From Epiperipatus broadwayi (lineage: Eukaryota > Animalia > Onychophora): 64,000 nt of DNA. The position numbers and the translations under genes were made by a program. This document shows positions 14,791 through 28,298 of this stretch, one piece after another; position 1 is the first letter of the stretch; the number at the start of each line of letters is the position of its first letter. The notes below the pieces were generated by a model, which was given only the letters and a program-made list of their open reading frames with translations, was not told the origin of the DNA and made no database searches. The stretch spans positions 8,680,001-8,744,000 of the forward strand of contig JAQFVV010000006.1 of the NCBI GenBank assembly GCA_028023455.1. The letters are read 5' to 3'.

Positions 14791-14909
14791 TTAATAGACA
14801 GCCTTCAATCTTCTCTAACCTCCAACTCTTCAGCCATCCATATCATTGAAAATCTGATGATAGAATGCGCAAATCCCATGCTGATGCTAATATTGTTGTT
14901 ATGCCCATG
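14791..14909 (-). mobile_element. Family B fragment (non-ribozyme part)
   Basis: Aligns with 18347-18450 and with the reverse complement of 50530-50630. Confidence 0.7.
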
Positions 14910-15550
14910 TAAATATACCTTTAATTAGTTATATAGATACACAGATATTCTTACATATCAGGAAAGCTGGTTAAAAAGTTTTATTTTTTTTATTATTGCT
15001 AGAAATGAAATAATTACGTTAGAATTATATCCGAAGAACATAACATTTTACAGGAAGACATCTTGTCTGTATTTATATATATTGTTTGTTAAAAAATGTT
15101 TTTGTTTCCTGTATCATATTGCTGATGATTTAAAAGATTGACAAAATTTATTGATATTGTACTATGATTTATACACGTCATGCAATATCAACATAACAAT
15201 GGCAGTAACAGTATTTTCCATAATCCTTTTTTTATATTTTTAGGCATATAACCACAAATATTTATTAACATTTATTGAAATCAGTAAAAACTTTTAAAAA
15301 AATATTCCACTGTAAGTACAGGAATTTTTTTTGTTTTTTTGCTGTGTTAATGTGTTTACTATTTTTAAAGATAATGCAGTGCAAAAAAAAAGGATCTGAA
15401 GTTTTAATGATTACTGTAAAACGATTATATTTTTATTTTTTGAGCAGTAGTTTTTTTTTTTTACATTATGTAATGATCATACTAAAATTTATAAGAAAAC
15501 ATTTGTTTGTCAGAATGCTGGACACTTAAAAACAAAACAAAAATACTATT

Positions 15551-15735
15551 GCACAAATATAGGGGATTTGAAGACAGATTTTCAAGCACCCTTCAATTAT
15601 CCACACTATCTCATACCACTGATACACATGACCACACCCGTGTAGAAAAGATAAATAATCACCAGTATAAGTATTTCATGCTAAACCAGCACTCATCAGT
15701 TGGTCCAGATTATCATCTCCCACACATATTGAAAC
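15551..15735 (-). mobile_element. Family B fragment carrying the intact HHR
   Basis: Aligns with 18575-18720, 50245-50420 and (reverse complement) 50670-50850. Confidence 0.8.
15655..15713 (-). ncRNA. Type I hammerhead ribozyme candidate, family B (best copy)
   Basis: Minus strand reads ATAATC-TGG-ACCAA-CTGATGA-GTGCT(GGTTT)AGCAT-GAAA-TA(CT)TAT-A-CTGGT-GATTAT. Intact core, 5-bp stem II, AUA site, distal stem ATAATC/GATTAT. The first stem I pair is mismatched here but is T in other copies. Confidence 0.72.
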
Positions 15736-17219
15736 AGTAAGATTCGTATTCGAATCTTAAGTTTCACCTTTTTCTGTCGTCTCTCACTGACCGGTCTATC
15801 CCGCCCAAATTTAAACTTTTTGGTATCGAATTGTGTGTGTAGCAATATTAAAATGTATAAATATATGTAGAATTCAGCATAAACACGCACACATTTCGAT
15901 CTCAAACGCAATAAATAGGGATAAAATAATATAATTTAGATTTCTTTTAGTTATATAATTTTGTATAATTTTAATCATTTATTTTGCATTATAAAGTTCA
16001 TATTTATTGCTTTGTTTAAATTTCATTTAATAATAATTCTAAAAAAATCTGATGTAATATTTAATTAAAAGTTAAAATAATCTTATGTTCCCTTTTTGTC
16101 TTTGAAATTGAAAAGCATCGGTCAGTGATAGATAATAGATTAATTAAAGAAAAATTCCCCAAAGTATAATTAGTAAATGTAAAATGTAAACAATAGAACG
16201 GCAGCTTTCTTTAATTAAAAACCAACAAAATGCATTGATTATCCTCAGGGCAGATTAAGTAGAACCTAAAAATATCTTAACAAAAATGTGAAAGATCAAG
16301 ATAAGAAAAGAGGCCATCTTAGACTTGCTGGAGACATTCACTTAAACTTTAGCTTTGCTCTCGATCACTGAGAGTCTCCAAAAATAATAAAAATAATTTG
16401 TTCCTGCCAAGGTATGACCGAGTAAAGCACCTAGATTATTCTCCATCGGGAGATGGCCTATCGGATGTCGAACTTTCCATTGCCCATCATAAATTCACCA
16501 TGAAGATTGCTGCCTGAAATAAATGAGAAAGCTGCTGCTGTTGTGAAAGTAAAATGAAACGTCTAAATACCAGAAAGAATTGCCACTCATGAACTATTTG
16601 CTACTTAACCAATGGACTCGGAAAACTTCTTATAAAACAGGTACCTGTCTGTGTTCAAACTCTAGAGTACTCTAATAATATGCTATAGCTCTTCTTCATC
16701 CTACTTATCTAAATTATAAAATGTAAAAACTATCATATGTATAACTAAAACTGAATAATTAACTTAATGTGTAAATTTCTTTACTAATCTAGCTTACCTC
16801 ATTCTATCTTGGGTGCGTATTTTAAAATCTACATTTTATCTATATTTATTATCTAATTATTGCATGCTCACAATTGTCTCTATTTTCAAAGTTTAAATCT
16901 ATGATCGTTTGAAACAGTGAATGCGTGTCACATTTTCATTAATATGTATTTTCCTAAATAACTTAACTTCCATATAAATCGACACGCATTCAATGGCATC
17001 ATTTATTGTAATGCAGGGGTCTACTACTTCGCCAATGGCTGGCATATTAGTTGTAATAACTCCCAGTATATATATGTTTTGTATTTATTAAATCTAATGA
17101 ATAATTCTAGAAAATCCCATTTCTTTGAGAGTCGCCAGAGTTCTTAAGTAAATGTTGGTAATGTAGGGCCAAGTCAGAAATCTATTTAAATCTCATCATA
17201 ATCGTTTATACAGTATACA

Positions 17220-18291
17220 TGTGTTACGTTTTAGAGACGCGAAGACCCATTCCGCCGTGAAATTTCCGGATTCTTCACGGTTGAAATTAACCCCAGTCGT
17301 CCTACACAAGCGGGCATAATGGGTGCTCCCGTGGGATTTGACAATGTCATGCAGCCAGCCGGCAAATTGCGACACGTACCGCTTGTCTCTGGTTATGCTT
17401 ATGTGACACCTTACTTCGTCGGGTCGAGGCAGAGACCAGCCCGACATTCTTATAAACCCATTCGCGGCATTGCAGTTTCAATATACTGCCATGCCATATC
17501 GCCTTTCTAAAGCGTACCACGTGTTCCTTTACTCAATTTTATTATTCTATATATCACTCCGCCTCTGCATTATCTTCGTAATTCACTCTCAAATAAATGT
17601 TTGCCCTTAGTTATAAATAAATATTTTAATTAAATAAATATATGTCTGCCATTACTCTTATAACCCATACTTTAGAGTCTTGCCTTGCAAAGTTGTAAAT
17701 TCCCCAAGGCATGCATTAGAAATACTTACTCGAGAATTTTAGGTAGCTAGATTACGCCTTCAAATAAGTGAATTCCTTTTGTAAACATTTCAGTATCGGA
17801 AATACCGCTACTGAAATCCTCAATATAAAATAATGTCTAAATAAATAAATGTATTCTTTAAAATATAATCATGTCGCAAATCCCGCTACTGAAGCTTTTA
17901 ATCCATAAATATTGTTAGTAAATGATCTTATTAAAATGTGTTAATAAATAATTTTAAACTATACGTCTGCAGTTACGTTTCATTTATTCGATACCCATTC
18001 TATATAATATTTCCTCGATTATGTAAATATGAATGTTTAATTAATATTAGTTTGGTTATTGGCTAACTCGAGAAAATCATGAGTCTCTTGCATATCCCTG
18101 ACCACCGTGCCTAAGGAAATATTTACTAATGTCGCATCAGATGCGTTGTTTCGTGGATTATATTGTGGAACCGATAAACTATGTTCGAACTCAGTACCAC
18201 GGGTGGCTTCGCTACTCGATGGTGCTGCTGTTCTGTATAGTGGTCGAATTCTGCACTATGTTTACGAGTCACACGTTTTCTGACCGTTACA
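17220..18291. mobile_element. Candidate solo LTR / unclassified CpG-rich insertion
   Basis: Starts TG(TG)TTACG and ends CGTTACA; flanks ATACA/ATATA (imperfect 5-bp TSD); CpG-rich relative to its surroundings; internal repeat of CCGCTACTGAA. Confidence 0.35.
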
Positions 18292-18346
18292 ATATATATG
18301 AATGATCAGTGCTCAGTTTATATTAATATAGGAAATGTTTACACCT

Positions 18347-18722
18347 TAATGGACAGACTTCAATATATTCCAACTCTTCAGACATCTATACCATTGAAAA
18401 TTTGACAATGGAAAGCTCAAATCCCATGCTGATGCCAATATTATTGCTATGCCCATATTGAGCTCAAGTCTGACCCTTCATGTATATGACCTTATCCATT
18501 TAAATACATAGAAGAGGGATGGGCAGGATGCAAGGATAATGGATAAGGCATTCTTCGTATACCTGGAGCTTGATTGTAAATATAGAGGATTTGAACACAC
18601 TTTCAAAAAGCACCCTTCAACTATTCACGCTATCTCATACTACTAATACACATGACCACACATGTAGAAAAGATAAATAAACACCAGTTAGTTGGTCCAG
18701 ATTATCATCTCCCACACACAAT
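18347..18722 (-). mobile_element. Family B solo copy (~375 bp; HHR core deleted)
   Basis: Contains both family B segments; reads ACCAGT-TAGTTGGTCCAG where 15661-15706 has the ribozyme core. Confidence 0.8.
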
Positions 18723-18955
18723 GAAATGACTTTAAAATGTAAAACTATTCAAAAAACTAATTATATGCCTCATTTAAGAAGTGTTTAAATAATATACGTA
18801 TTTAAGCGATTGATTACAAATACCACATTATATTTGCAGATCATCATTAGTATTGCTAAATAAAATATTTGTTCTTATTTATGTTACTTTTTTTTTTTGC
18901 TAATATTTTTGTTTGATGTAACTTTAGTATTAAATAATTGGTTTTAATTTTCTAG

Positions 18956-19196
18956 GTTAGAATATCCAGTCAAGAAATCTCGATTATCATCATCCCCACC
19001 TTCAAGTTACAATTCATCAAGGCGTCTAAGTCAGAGTGATACACCTTCCTCTCAACAACCACAGCCACAAGGAATTAATACAACATCAGTTCAAAAACCA
19101 GATCCATATGAATTTGTTGACGATTTTCCTCCTGATCTTAATATTCTTGGGAAAGGGGGCTATCTTAGCAATAAGAGTGAAACATCATCATTAAAG
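18956..19196 (+). CDS. MED13: MED13 internal coding exon (LEYPVKKSRL...KPDPYEFVDDF...TSSLK)
   Basis: Polypyrimidine tract + AG at 18954-55, GT at 19197; open frame of 1+240 nt; DPYEF resembles the conserved MED13 DPY(A/E)F motif; phase-0 end matches the next exon. Confidence 0.8.
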
Positions 19197-20407
19197 GTAT
19201 TGTTGTTTTTTTTTGTAGTATATGTATAGTTTACTTATGTATTTATGGCTATTTATATTTAATATCAAATAGTAACCTATATAATTTATATGTATAGTGA
19301 TGGGTTTTTATTCATTCAGTAAAGCTTTGTTGTTTTTTCAAAAATTTTCTCCAATTTCAAATGTGATTTTAAAGTATTACTTTTGACATTCGCAACCCTT
19401 AGTTAATAATTTTACTTTATTCATCGATCATTAGTATTTAATACATGATGTTAATTTTTTGGGAAAAAAAAATTACCAAGTTTCTATTGCAAAACACCCA
19501 AAAATATTTGATTGAATTTCCTATCTTTAAGATACAACATATAACTTTTAATTAGGGGTATTAATAAAACCATGTTTAAAAAAAGTCAACAAAATTATTC
19601 AAAATTAATAACATAAATATTCAGATTTAACCAAAAATTCCAATCCCATAAAATCCAGTGTTTCATTTGGTTTTTATGCTTTTAAAAATGATTACCTTTA
19701 TTTATTTAAAGTCATTGTGAAACGAAAATTTATTGTTCAAGTGATGATAATATATATTTACTAATTTTTTTTTTTTTAACAAAATATTGCTTGTTTTCCT
19801 ATAATATTAAAGTATTATTATAATCAAAATTTAGATAATCGGCTATCTTTTTTTTTTTTTTAATCAAATCATAACTAATTTTTGAGATGGGAAAAAACAT
19901 TAAAACTGCAATCTCCAATAAGTTACAATGTCCTCATAATTGTAGTTTTAAGACTTATAAATTTTCCATCCACCATTTTTTTTAATATTCTTAGTTACTA
20001 CAGGAAAAAAAAAAATGACTGAAATAAATGCACACTATTAAAAAATAATCAAGTTTGAAAAATTATCCCCCCCCCCCTATCCTGCCTATTAAATATTTTG
20101 AAAAATAAAAAAATTATTAAATTTTGAAATAAAATTGAAGTGGCCCTCACCATCCTAATCTATTCTTTAGAAACAATTTAATAATAGAAATAAATATCTG
20201 TGTTTTAGGATTATAACTTTTTTTTTTAATTTAATGAACCTTATTTTATGCTTGTATGTGAAAACCATAAATTTCATTTTTAATAATTGCTGGTATTACT
20301 ATTAAAAATAACAATGATCTTTAAATAATATTAAAGAAGAATGGATATTACTTTTAGGTTTGCTAACAGTGTTATTTGGTTTTTATGGGTTTAGTCTTCA
20401 AAGCGGG

Positions 20408-20592
20408 ATATTAAGGTGAATGGTATTCCTCATTCAAGCATATACATCTTTGTGTTTATGGTATTCCTTATTCAGGCATATATATTTTTGTGTTTAGCTT
20501 ATATTAAGGTGAATGGTATTCCTCATTCAAGCATATACATCTTTGTGTTTATGGTATTCCTTATTCAAGTATATATATCTTTGTGTTAGCTT
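20408..20592. repeat. Nested tandem repeat (93 bp unit x2, each with two ~38 bp subunits)
   Basis: ATATTAAGGTGAATGGTATTCCTCATTCAAGCATATAC... at 20408 and 20501; the subunit ATGGTATTCC.(C/T)ATTCA occurs four times. Confidence 0.9.
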
Positions 20593-22097
20593 ATAATTTC
20601 TCACTTAAACATATTGTCAATAGCATGTAAAAAAAATATCTGTTCATTCCCAAATAGCTGACAAGAACTCATTGATGATTATTACTAGCGTTTGTAACTG
20701 AATTAATCATTGTTATTCTTTTTCTTACTCTTATCAAATTTTTTTTACATTTTTTTTGTCTTCAGTCATTTAGATTAATGCAAGTCGTGATTGTTGTCTT
20801 ATCCTATCACTCATCTCTCTGCGCTATAACAAATGATTGTGTTGTCTAATCATGTTCGCATCCTTTAATTTCATACAAAACCTTCAAATTTTTTTTTTTT
20901 TAAATTGGGTAGGGGTGGTCTAATGAAAAATAATGGGATATTTCATTATATGTAGAGCTTATACATATAAAATTAATATTTTATATAGATTTCAGCCTAG
21001 AATTATATGTTGTTTCTATTTATATAAAATTAAGAGTGTTAAACATACAAAATCAAGTTGTCGGCTGATGTTGAAAATGAAATTTCATTGTTTGTAGAGA
21101 AAAGTTTTTAAAATTGTTAAAATTTACGAGTCATTTGTAACTGAAAATAAACAGACCAAATAGTTCCTTCAATTTTTTAATCATGTTATTTCTGATTATT
21201 CCTTATAGGGTTAGTAATTTATTTAATAGAAATAAGTTAAAATTTTTTTGACTTAATGAACTATATTATATTAGCTTTTATTAAAGAAGCATGATTTAAA
21301 ATTGTATTGCAGACATCGCTGAAATCATTTCGTAATTTGATCTTAAGTATTCATTATAGTGAGTTTATTAATTTTTATAGCTTGAAAGCATTTTCAGTTG
21401 TTATTATATTGTAGTTAAATTATTAATATGCAGTGTGCCTTGCTCTTTTTTTATATATATAAAGTATTAGCTTCTTTGCAGTTCGTTAAGTTTAAAGTCG
21501 TAAATATTACAAAAAATTATCAAATTAACAAATTCATTTCCCCAAAATGATAAGCTATAAAGAATATATTAAAGATGCTTATTAGCCTCTTCATTAAAAG
21601 CCAATGTTGATTGTATAAAAATTTTCATCTAATTTATATTTAATAATTTTTGTGTGATGCATAGTTGTCTGTAATGTTTTATCTATAAGACATAACTAGC
21701 TTTCGTTTATAGTTAAGGGAGCATCATAAAATAATTTCCATTTGATCCTTTAGAGATTTTATTTTAAAATATGTTTATCTGGCAAAGAAAATTTTAGAAT
21801 TAAACATGAAAGTGAAAGATTTAATAATTTTAAGGATTTGAAAATATTTTTTACTATATGCATTTAAACATTCTTTTTCAAACCCATTAATTGCAATATT
21901 GTTGTTAGACAATTCAAATTTTTATTTCATCATGCATAATGTCATATATAGAATGATCATCATTTTCCACATCCACATTAAATAGTCGTTTGTTAGCACA
22001 TTCTTTTATTCTCTCTCTCTCTCTCTTTTTTTGTCATCATCTTACATAAACTTTAATGCTAAATAATCATGCTTATTAACTTCCTGTCCATCGCTGT

Positions 22098-22215
22098 CTT
22101 AACCAGATATCCCCAGACTAGTTTCTAGCTTATCGCTTCCATCAATAAGGAATTTTTTTGATTTTTGAACAGCATACTTAGACTTTTGGAATCTAATGCG
22201 CTTTTCCTCTAGTAG
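22098..22215 (-). mobile_element. Family A partial copy, degenerate core
   Basis: GATATCCCCAGACTAGTTTCTAGCTT... matches family A; the stem II pairs AGC/GCT are kept with a changed loop. Confidence 0.7.
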
Positions 22216-22509
22216 TCACTTATTTTATTTTTGTTCTATTATCAAACTACCAGCCCAAATGGAAAAACTGTTTTGTCAGTCCAAGCATATTTGCTTGTAT
22301 TATATAGATGTGAAACACTTCCATTTTCTTAGTTATAATTTTTGTCCTTTTATTCTTTGGCCAGAATTGGTACAAAACTAATAACATCACATGATCATCA
22401 AAACCTCGTATGACTTTAGCTTGCATATATTACCATTCATTAACTTTTTTTATTGTTATCTTGTGTAAACTTTAGTAATCAGTAGATACTAGATGGTAAT
22501 GCTTATTAA

Positions 22510-22565
22510 ATCCTTAGCAAGCACCGTCCTAGCCTGTGGTTTTCATCAGTGAGAAGCATTTTGGA
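22510..22565 (-). mobile_element. Family A short fragment
   Basis: CTAGCCTGTGGTTTTCATCAGTGAGAAGCATTTGGAT resembles family A CTAGCTTGTGGCTTTCATCAGTGAGGAGCCTTGGAT. Confidence 0.55.
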
Positions 22566-23611
22566 TTTTTTTTTGACCAGTACACCTGCACCTGTCTCTA
22601 GCAGTTAACTCTTACTGTTTGGTTATACTATCAAGTTACTAGCCCACATCAAAAAATCTACTAATATTTTATTTCCAGGTCTATTTGATTACACAGTTAT
22701 ATAGATCTGAAACCAGTTCAGTTTCTAAATTTATGGTATCCTTCGTTTTTTTTTTATAACCTTTGTCACCTGTAGTTTTTGTTTTGTTGATCATGTGAAA
22801 TATTCTTTGTATAATTATAATTAAGTTTTGTTAAATGCAATAAAGTGGTACATTCTATGCAACTTCAAAAATTTGTCTGGATACAATGTGATTATATGTA
22901 AAACTACAACAATCATTTTCAATATTATCGTATTACGAATTTGGCTGAAGTTACAGAAAATGGCTTCTTAATTTAAAATAAAATGTGTTTATTGTTTAAA
23001 TATAAAATTAGAGGTTATTAAAACCAAATGAAATATATATATATTATCTATCAAAATTTTGTGTTTGAAGGCAGAATTAGCAACATCACAAAGTTTAATT
23101 ATGTTTTATTTTTTAAGTGAATAAAAAAAATGTTTTACAGTTTTTATTTTTTTTCACATAAAACCTTACCTTATTGCATATATTTAATCCATATCTGTTT
23201 TTTTGCATAATTTTATATATATATATATGCAGTGTATTAAAACATAATACTAATATATATGAATTGATTCTATGTTATTGTCAATATCGCATCAATCAAT
23301 TCGGTACACATTAATCATGAATATCATCTTTATTTTTTCTGGAACTAATCAAGTGTATTGATTGAAGATCCACTACATAAATTTAGTTTATATATTTATA
23401 AAAATACTATTAATATATTCATTAATATAAAAAGAAATTAATGTCAATTTACTTAAAATTTAGTTGCTTTAACAGCCTTGATTAAACATTAATTTTGTTT
23501 ATATAATTAAGAGTTAGTATTTTTATATATAATCACGAATATTCATATAATCTCATGTAAAATGGGAAAAAATGTTGTAAATATATCTTTTTTTTTTTTT
23601 TTTTTTTAAAG

Positions 23612-23824
23612 GAGGATCATACCAAAGAAGGTATACAACAGCCACAAACAGTAACAGAAAATAATTTCAATTCTGTTGAAAAGGTCGATCCTTTGGGATC
23701 GCCACCCACTCCAAAAACTGTTCCTGCTCCTAGTACCAGCTTAATGAGAGAAAAAGATCTAATTCCAACATACAATGATCTCAATCAGTTGTTTGATACT
23801 GATGGTGAAAGTGATGATGATACG
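23612..23824 (+). CDS. MED13: MED13 internal coding exon (EDHTKEG...DLIPTYNDLNQLFDTDGESDDDT)
   Basis: T-tract-AAAG acceptor and GTAATA donor; 213 nt, phase 0/0; DL.P.Y.DL..LF..D resembles the MED13 DLAVSYTDLDNLFNSD motif. Confidence 0.9.
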
Positions 23825-25399
23825 GTAATATTTTTTAAAATTTTATTTGAATGTGTTTTTTTATTATTATTATTATTAAGATATTTCTATGTTTATCCAC
23901 TACAGAAATGTGATACCATCTCTTCCCTGTAATATATGAACTAAATTTGTCCAATTCAATTGTCAATTATAATGCCAGTCACACAATAGGTTCAAGTTCA
24001 AGATAAGTGCTGTCAGCAAGGGTTGGCTTATATATGAATACATTCTAAACACAAGTTATTCACTTGTGTTTTTATATTCTTGCTGGTGGGTATAGAGGTC
24101 TATATATTAATGAATAGTGCATGTTGGAAAAGTTAATTTCCTTCTGTATCGTTACATATGTATTCTGTGCTTTTTTATAGAATAACATTAATCTGAACAT
24201 TTTTTATTGATTATTATTTTGGCTTTTCTAAATTTTTGTTATTTTTGATTAAATATTTTATCTACTACAGATAGAATATTGTTAATCTGAATATTTTTTA
24301 TTTAAGACTTCTGTGATTCAAAAATGATCTTTAATTCTAAATTAATTTGTACCCACATTTATAAAAATAAATTATTCAATAAAAACCTATAAATTAATAA
24401 ACGTAATTGCACTTATTTATCTGTGTGGTTTTTTTTTTTTTTATCTTAGCACAGTTTGTCATGATAAAGAGATCAAAAATCTAATTTTGAAATTTGAAAA
24501 AATCACAAATCTGAAAAGTGTAATGAGCAATTTCAGATTTACAGTGTTCTGCATGTATTAAGAAATTGTAGAAAATGTAAACTTGCAAATATTTACTACC
24601 AGAAAATGGAATTAATTTAATAGCTAGCTTTTCAAAATGATTTTTATAACCAATATCAAATATTAAAAATAGTTTTAAAAATTAGAAATTGTAAACTGTA
24701 GGTAATTTTTTTTTTTTTTAGATTTGTTTACTTAATTAAAATTAAGCACTTTATTCCATTTTATGGTTCAGTGCAAAAATCTTCAAATATAAAATAGATT
24801 ATAAAAATTATTACATTGAATGTTATTACTGTAAATACCTAGGCAAGATGAATAATCTACCATTAGAAATCAATAGGAAAAATTAGATATTATGTCTGCG
24901 AAATAGATCTGTTTATTACTTTGTTGTTAGAAGCAAATATAATAGGCTAAGCATTCTAAAAGCAACAAATATTTTTGTAAGATCTTACTATGTATTTTAA
25001 AATCAGATTAAATGAAGTGACTAAGATTTCAATCGAGATAACACTAAAAGGAAGTGTGCTAATTTCCTATCAACTAGGTGCCATGATTCTTGTTAAAATT
25101 TTGTTGAACTAGTCAAAATGACTCTGGAAGACTGAAAAATACATATCATATAGCCTTCTATATAATTTTTGTAAGCCTGATGATTAGTTACTTATACTTA
25201 TGAATATTAGCTGTATTAGCTTTTAATATATATACATATTTCAATTGTAATTAAGCATTATAGTTAATAAAAATGTATGCAGTTTGTTTTAGCCGATCAA
25301 TTCCTTATTTATTTAACAGCCTTTTGGCTAAGGCTATTTACTTAATTTGTGTAACTGATAATTAACCAAAAAATGATAGACTGTTAACATGGTCAGTAT

Positions 25400-25690
25400 A
25401 CCTGTTGTGAGATCAACAACAATCATGTACCTGACAGAATGACGAATAAAAGCCTATTCTGAAGAGACTACAGATTATATATATGTTCATGCTAGCGCTA
25501 AGAAAAAGTGACGAAGAAGTAAAAATCATATATAAAGAAATTGAAAATGAAATAAAAATAATTAAATAATAAAGAAGAGTTGGAATATTGTCAGAAAAAG
25601 ATTGGAGATCTTGGATTGGCACTGAGAAATAAAAGAGATGAATGGTTGTAGGAAAATGACACGAAAAATAGCATGGTATATGCTAGGATA
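25400..25690 (+). mobile_element. Decayed RTE-like APE endonuclease remnant
   Basis: Fragments resembling DRM...I.VYA....SDEEV..IYKEIE...GDLGLG.RNKR(G)EWL. Confidence 0.55.
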
Positions 25691-26006
25691 GTCTCGGGGA
25701 TTTATATTTGTGTTTTACATATTTACTGTTCTGAAATTCAATGGTGGTATACATTCTTTAACCTGTTAGATATGTCGATATAAAATTCCTATTACAAAGA
25801 GACTACTTCATAGAGTGAACGTATGAAGTACATGAATCTAAAGTATTAGGGAATTTCTACAGAAATATTGCTAGAGTATGTTTTTAAAAATTTATTTACT
25901 TAACTTATAATCAACTTTTTAAATTTAATATATAGTGTTAAAAAAATTATTGTAGATTTAAAACTAGAAGAAAATTCTTGTTTTAGTTTTATTTTTTTTA
26001 ATTTAG

Positions 26007-26115
26007 TTTCAGGTACCTACTCCACCTAACACATTCAAGGGTACTGGCTCATCATCAGATGATGCCAATTCAGGCAAAAAGAATGGTATTCATAGTGGTC
26101 CTACTGGCATGATTG
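26007..26115 (+). CDS. MED13: MED13 internal coding exon ((FQ)VPTPPNTFKG...GPTGMI-E)
   Basis: Acceptor TTTAG (exon start 26007) or in-frame TTTCAG (start 26013); GTAAG donor at 26116; phase-1 end joins the next exon to give GAA (Glu). Confidence 0.8.
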
Positions 26116-28116
26116 GTAAGTAAGTTTAAAGCAATTGTATTATGAAGAATCATCAGTTGTCTATTATAGCATAGAAATTTCACATAACTTTCTTTGTATC
26201 CCCAGCCTTTCCCTATAATATTTGAGTCTATATCCATATTGTAATAATCTATTGATTGTATTGTTAAAAGCATTTAATTTTTTTATCCTATCTCTTTCAC
26301 ATCTTGTTTAAATGTGCATCTGTTGTGATTTGTATATATGAGAAGAATGTGGAAATTCAGATTCATAAAATAAGAACTATAGCTTATCGATTAGATAGCT
26401 GTGAGTAGCTTGTGGGCCTTTATGACTTTATTATAGCATACTTAATTCACGATTGTAACAGCGTAATAATTTTCTTGCAGAATTAAGTACATTTTGTTCT
26501 GCTTTTAGCACATCCTTTTTAAAACATTTTTTAGTTTTTTTTTTTATTTTCTGTTATATAAAATTTATATAATTTTTTTTTTTAATGGTTTGAATTTAAT
26601 ATGATCAATATCCCATGAGGCTCGTGCTAACATTTATCGGATGAGGCAGGAACAAATACTTGTTATGCTAAGTTACAAAGGTTATGCACACACTTTCATT
26701 ATATTTTATTATCTTGAGTGAATATTATCCAGAAATAGATGGTGCCTGTTGAGTGATTAATTTGAAAGAAATGAGGAAATTAACTCTATAAAGCCAATAT
26801 GTGTATGTGTGATAAAACAAGGGTATCTCGCTTCCATTCAGTAATTGTGAGTAATCAACTTTTGCAAAGTGATAGAGCATCTAAATTTCTATTTCTAAAC
26901 TGTTTTTTGTTTTTAAAACTGGAAATAATGCTGTCATATAACTGTCCGACACCTTTAATTTTTTTTTTTTTTTTTTTGACAATTTAAGCTAAAAGTTTCA
27001 ATTTGCAAACATTCTATGGTTTTAGGCATACTATATATATTTTATATAATGAAATACGTATTGTTTTAACTTGAAAAAAAAATTTCTTAAAACATTATTT
27101 AAAAAATAAAGGTGAGGCACAAGTTGTCTGGAATCAGATAAAAATGGAAAAGGGCAGGAATTAGAGCTTTTGTTCATAGAATTGTAATCAGTACTTCTAT
27201 ATCCAATTTTCTTGTCATTCATATATAAATTATTCAGTAAACATATAACGATAAATTGTTTGGAAGTAATTGAAGCACACCTGTTGACAGTGCAGCCGTT
27301 ACAAGTTATAAATTTTGTAGTTGTCTGATTTTTGGCCATTGATTACTTTGAAATTATTTTCAATTCTAGGAATTTGAGATAATTTATATCTTGTTTTTAA
27401 ACTTTACATATTCATGGCCTATTTGTATTTTACTCATTTCTATTATCTTTTAGTAGATTTATTGGCAAATCTTAAACATCAAAAGAATTGTTAAAAATAA
27501 TACGAATCAGCTTTATTTTATGATGTGATATGTTGGACTATTTCCATCATTTATGAGTGAATGTTGAAGGTATAGAAAATTTTAAACTTTCCAAATACAA
27601 ACAACTTGTTAGTAATAACACACAAATCGACAATACAGGTTAGTAATTACACAACATTTCGAATTCCAATTATGAAATACTGTTTGTTACATAAAAAGAA
27701 AAGGTGCAAAACAGAAAATTGTTGTGTATTCATCAGGCTTGAGATTTTTTTGTTCAAAAAATTAACTGTTATTTTGATAGCCACTAATGTTGGTCCGTAT
27801 ATGGATATCTAGCTATTGTTAATTAGAGAGCGAAAAAATTTCAAGCTCTCACTACCCAGTAATTTGCAAACCTAGTTACTATTGTCTTCAACCATTCCTG
27901 TATAAGGCATTACTGAAAAAAATCTTTGCTCTGCCGTGGGCTATTTAATGACGTTTATTTTTAATATATATATTGTTACAGTTTTTTCTTATGGTACATA
28001 GATCAATTATTTTTCAGGGCATTTTTTCCATGCGTGAGACAAAACTGTTAGGTAGGAAATCTTGTAAATAAAATTGATTCTTGCATATGCATATGATTGC
28101 TTTTTCAATATTTCAG

Positions 28117-28298
28117 AATTGTCTCAAATGTTTCCAACTCCACCATCATTGGATCAAACGTCAGCTCAATCTCCCTGTGGGACTACGACAGATGCTACAT
28201 CTGATCAGACTGTGATAGGGGATGGTGTTCTATCCAACACCAAATCTAAAGCAGACATTTATCCCAATCTTGGCAGTCCTATTGAAGAAAGCATTAAG
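28117..28298 (+). CDS. MED13: MED13 internal coding exon (ELSQMFPTPPSLDQ...GSPIEESIK)
   Basis: TTTCAG acceptor, GTTAGT donor; MFPTPPSL is the conserved MED13 M(Y/F)PTPPSL motif; 2+180 nt. Confidence 0.93.

Noticed and set aside
16447-16475. GGGAGATGGCCTATCGGATGTCGAACT as a decayed PLE-type HHR
   Set aside because: Both core segments are mutated and the stems do not pair convincingly; single copy.
1-18955. Additional upstream MED13 exons
   Set aside because: No open segment with credible splice sites and MED13-like sequence was recognised; a small or divergent exon could have been missed.
25459-25475. CTGAAGAG motif
   Set aside because: No downstream stem II or GAAA; lies within the RTE endonuclease remnant.
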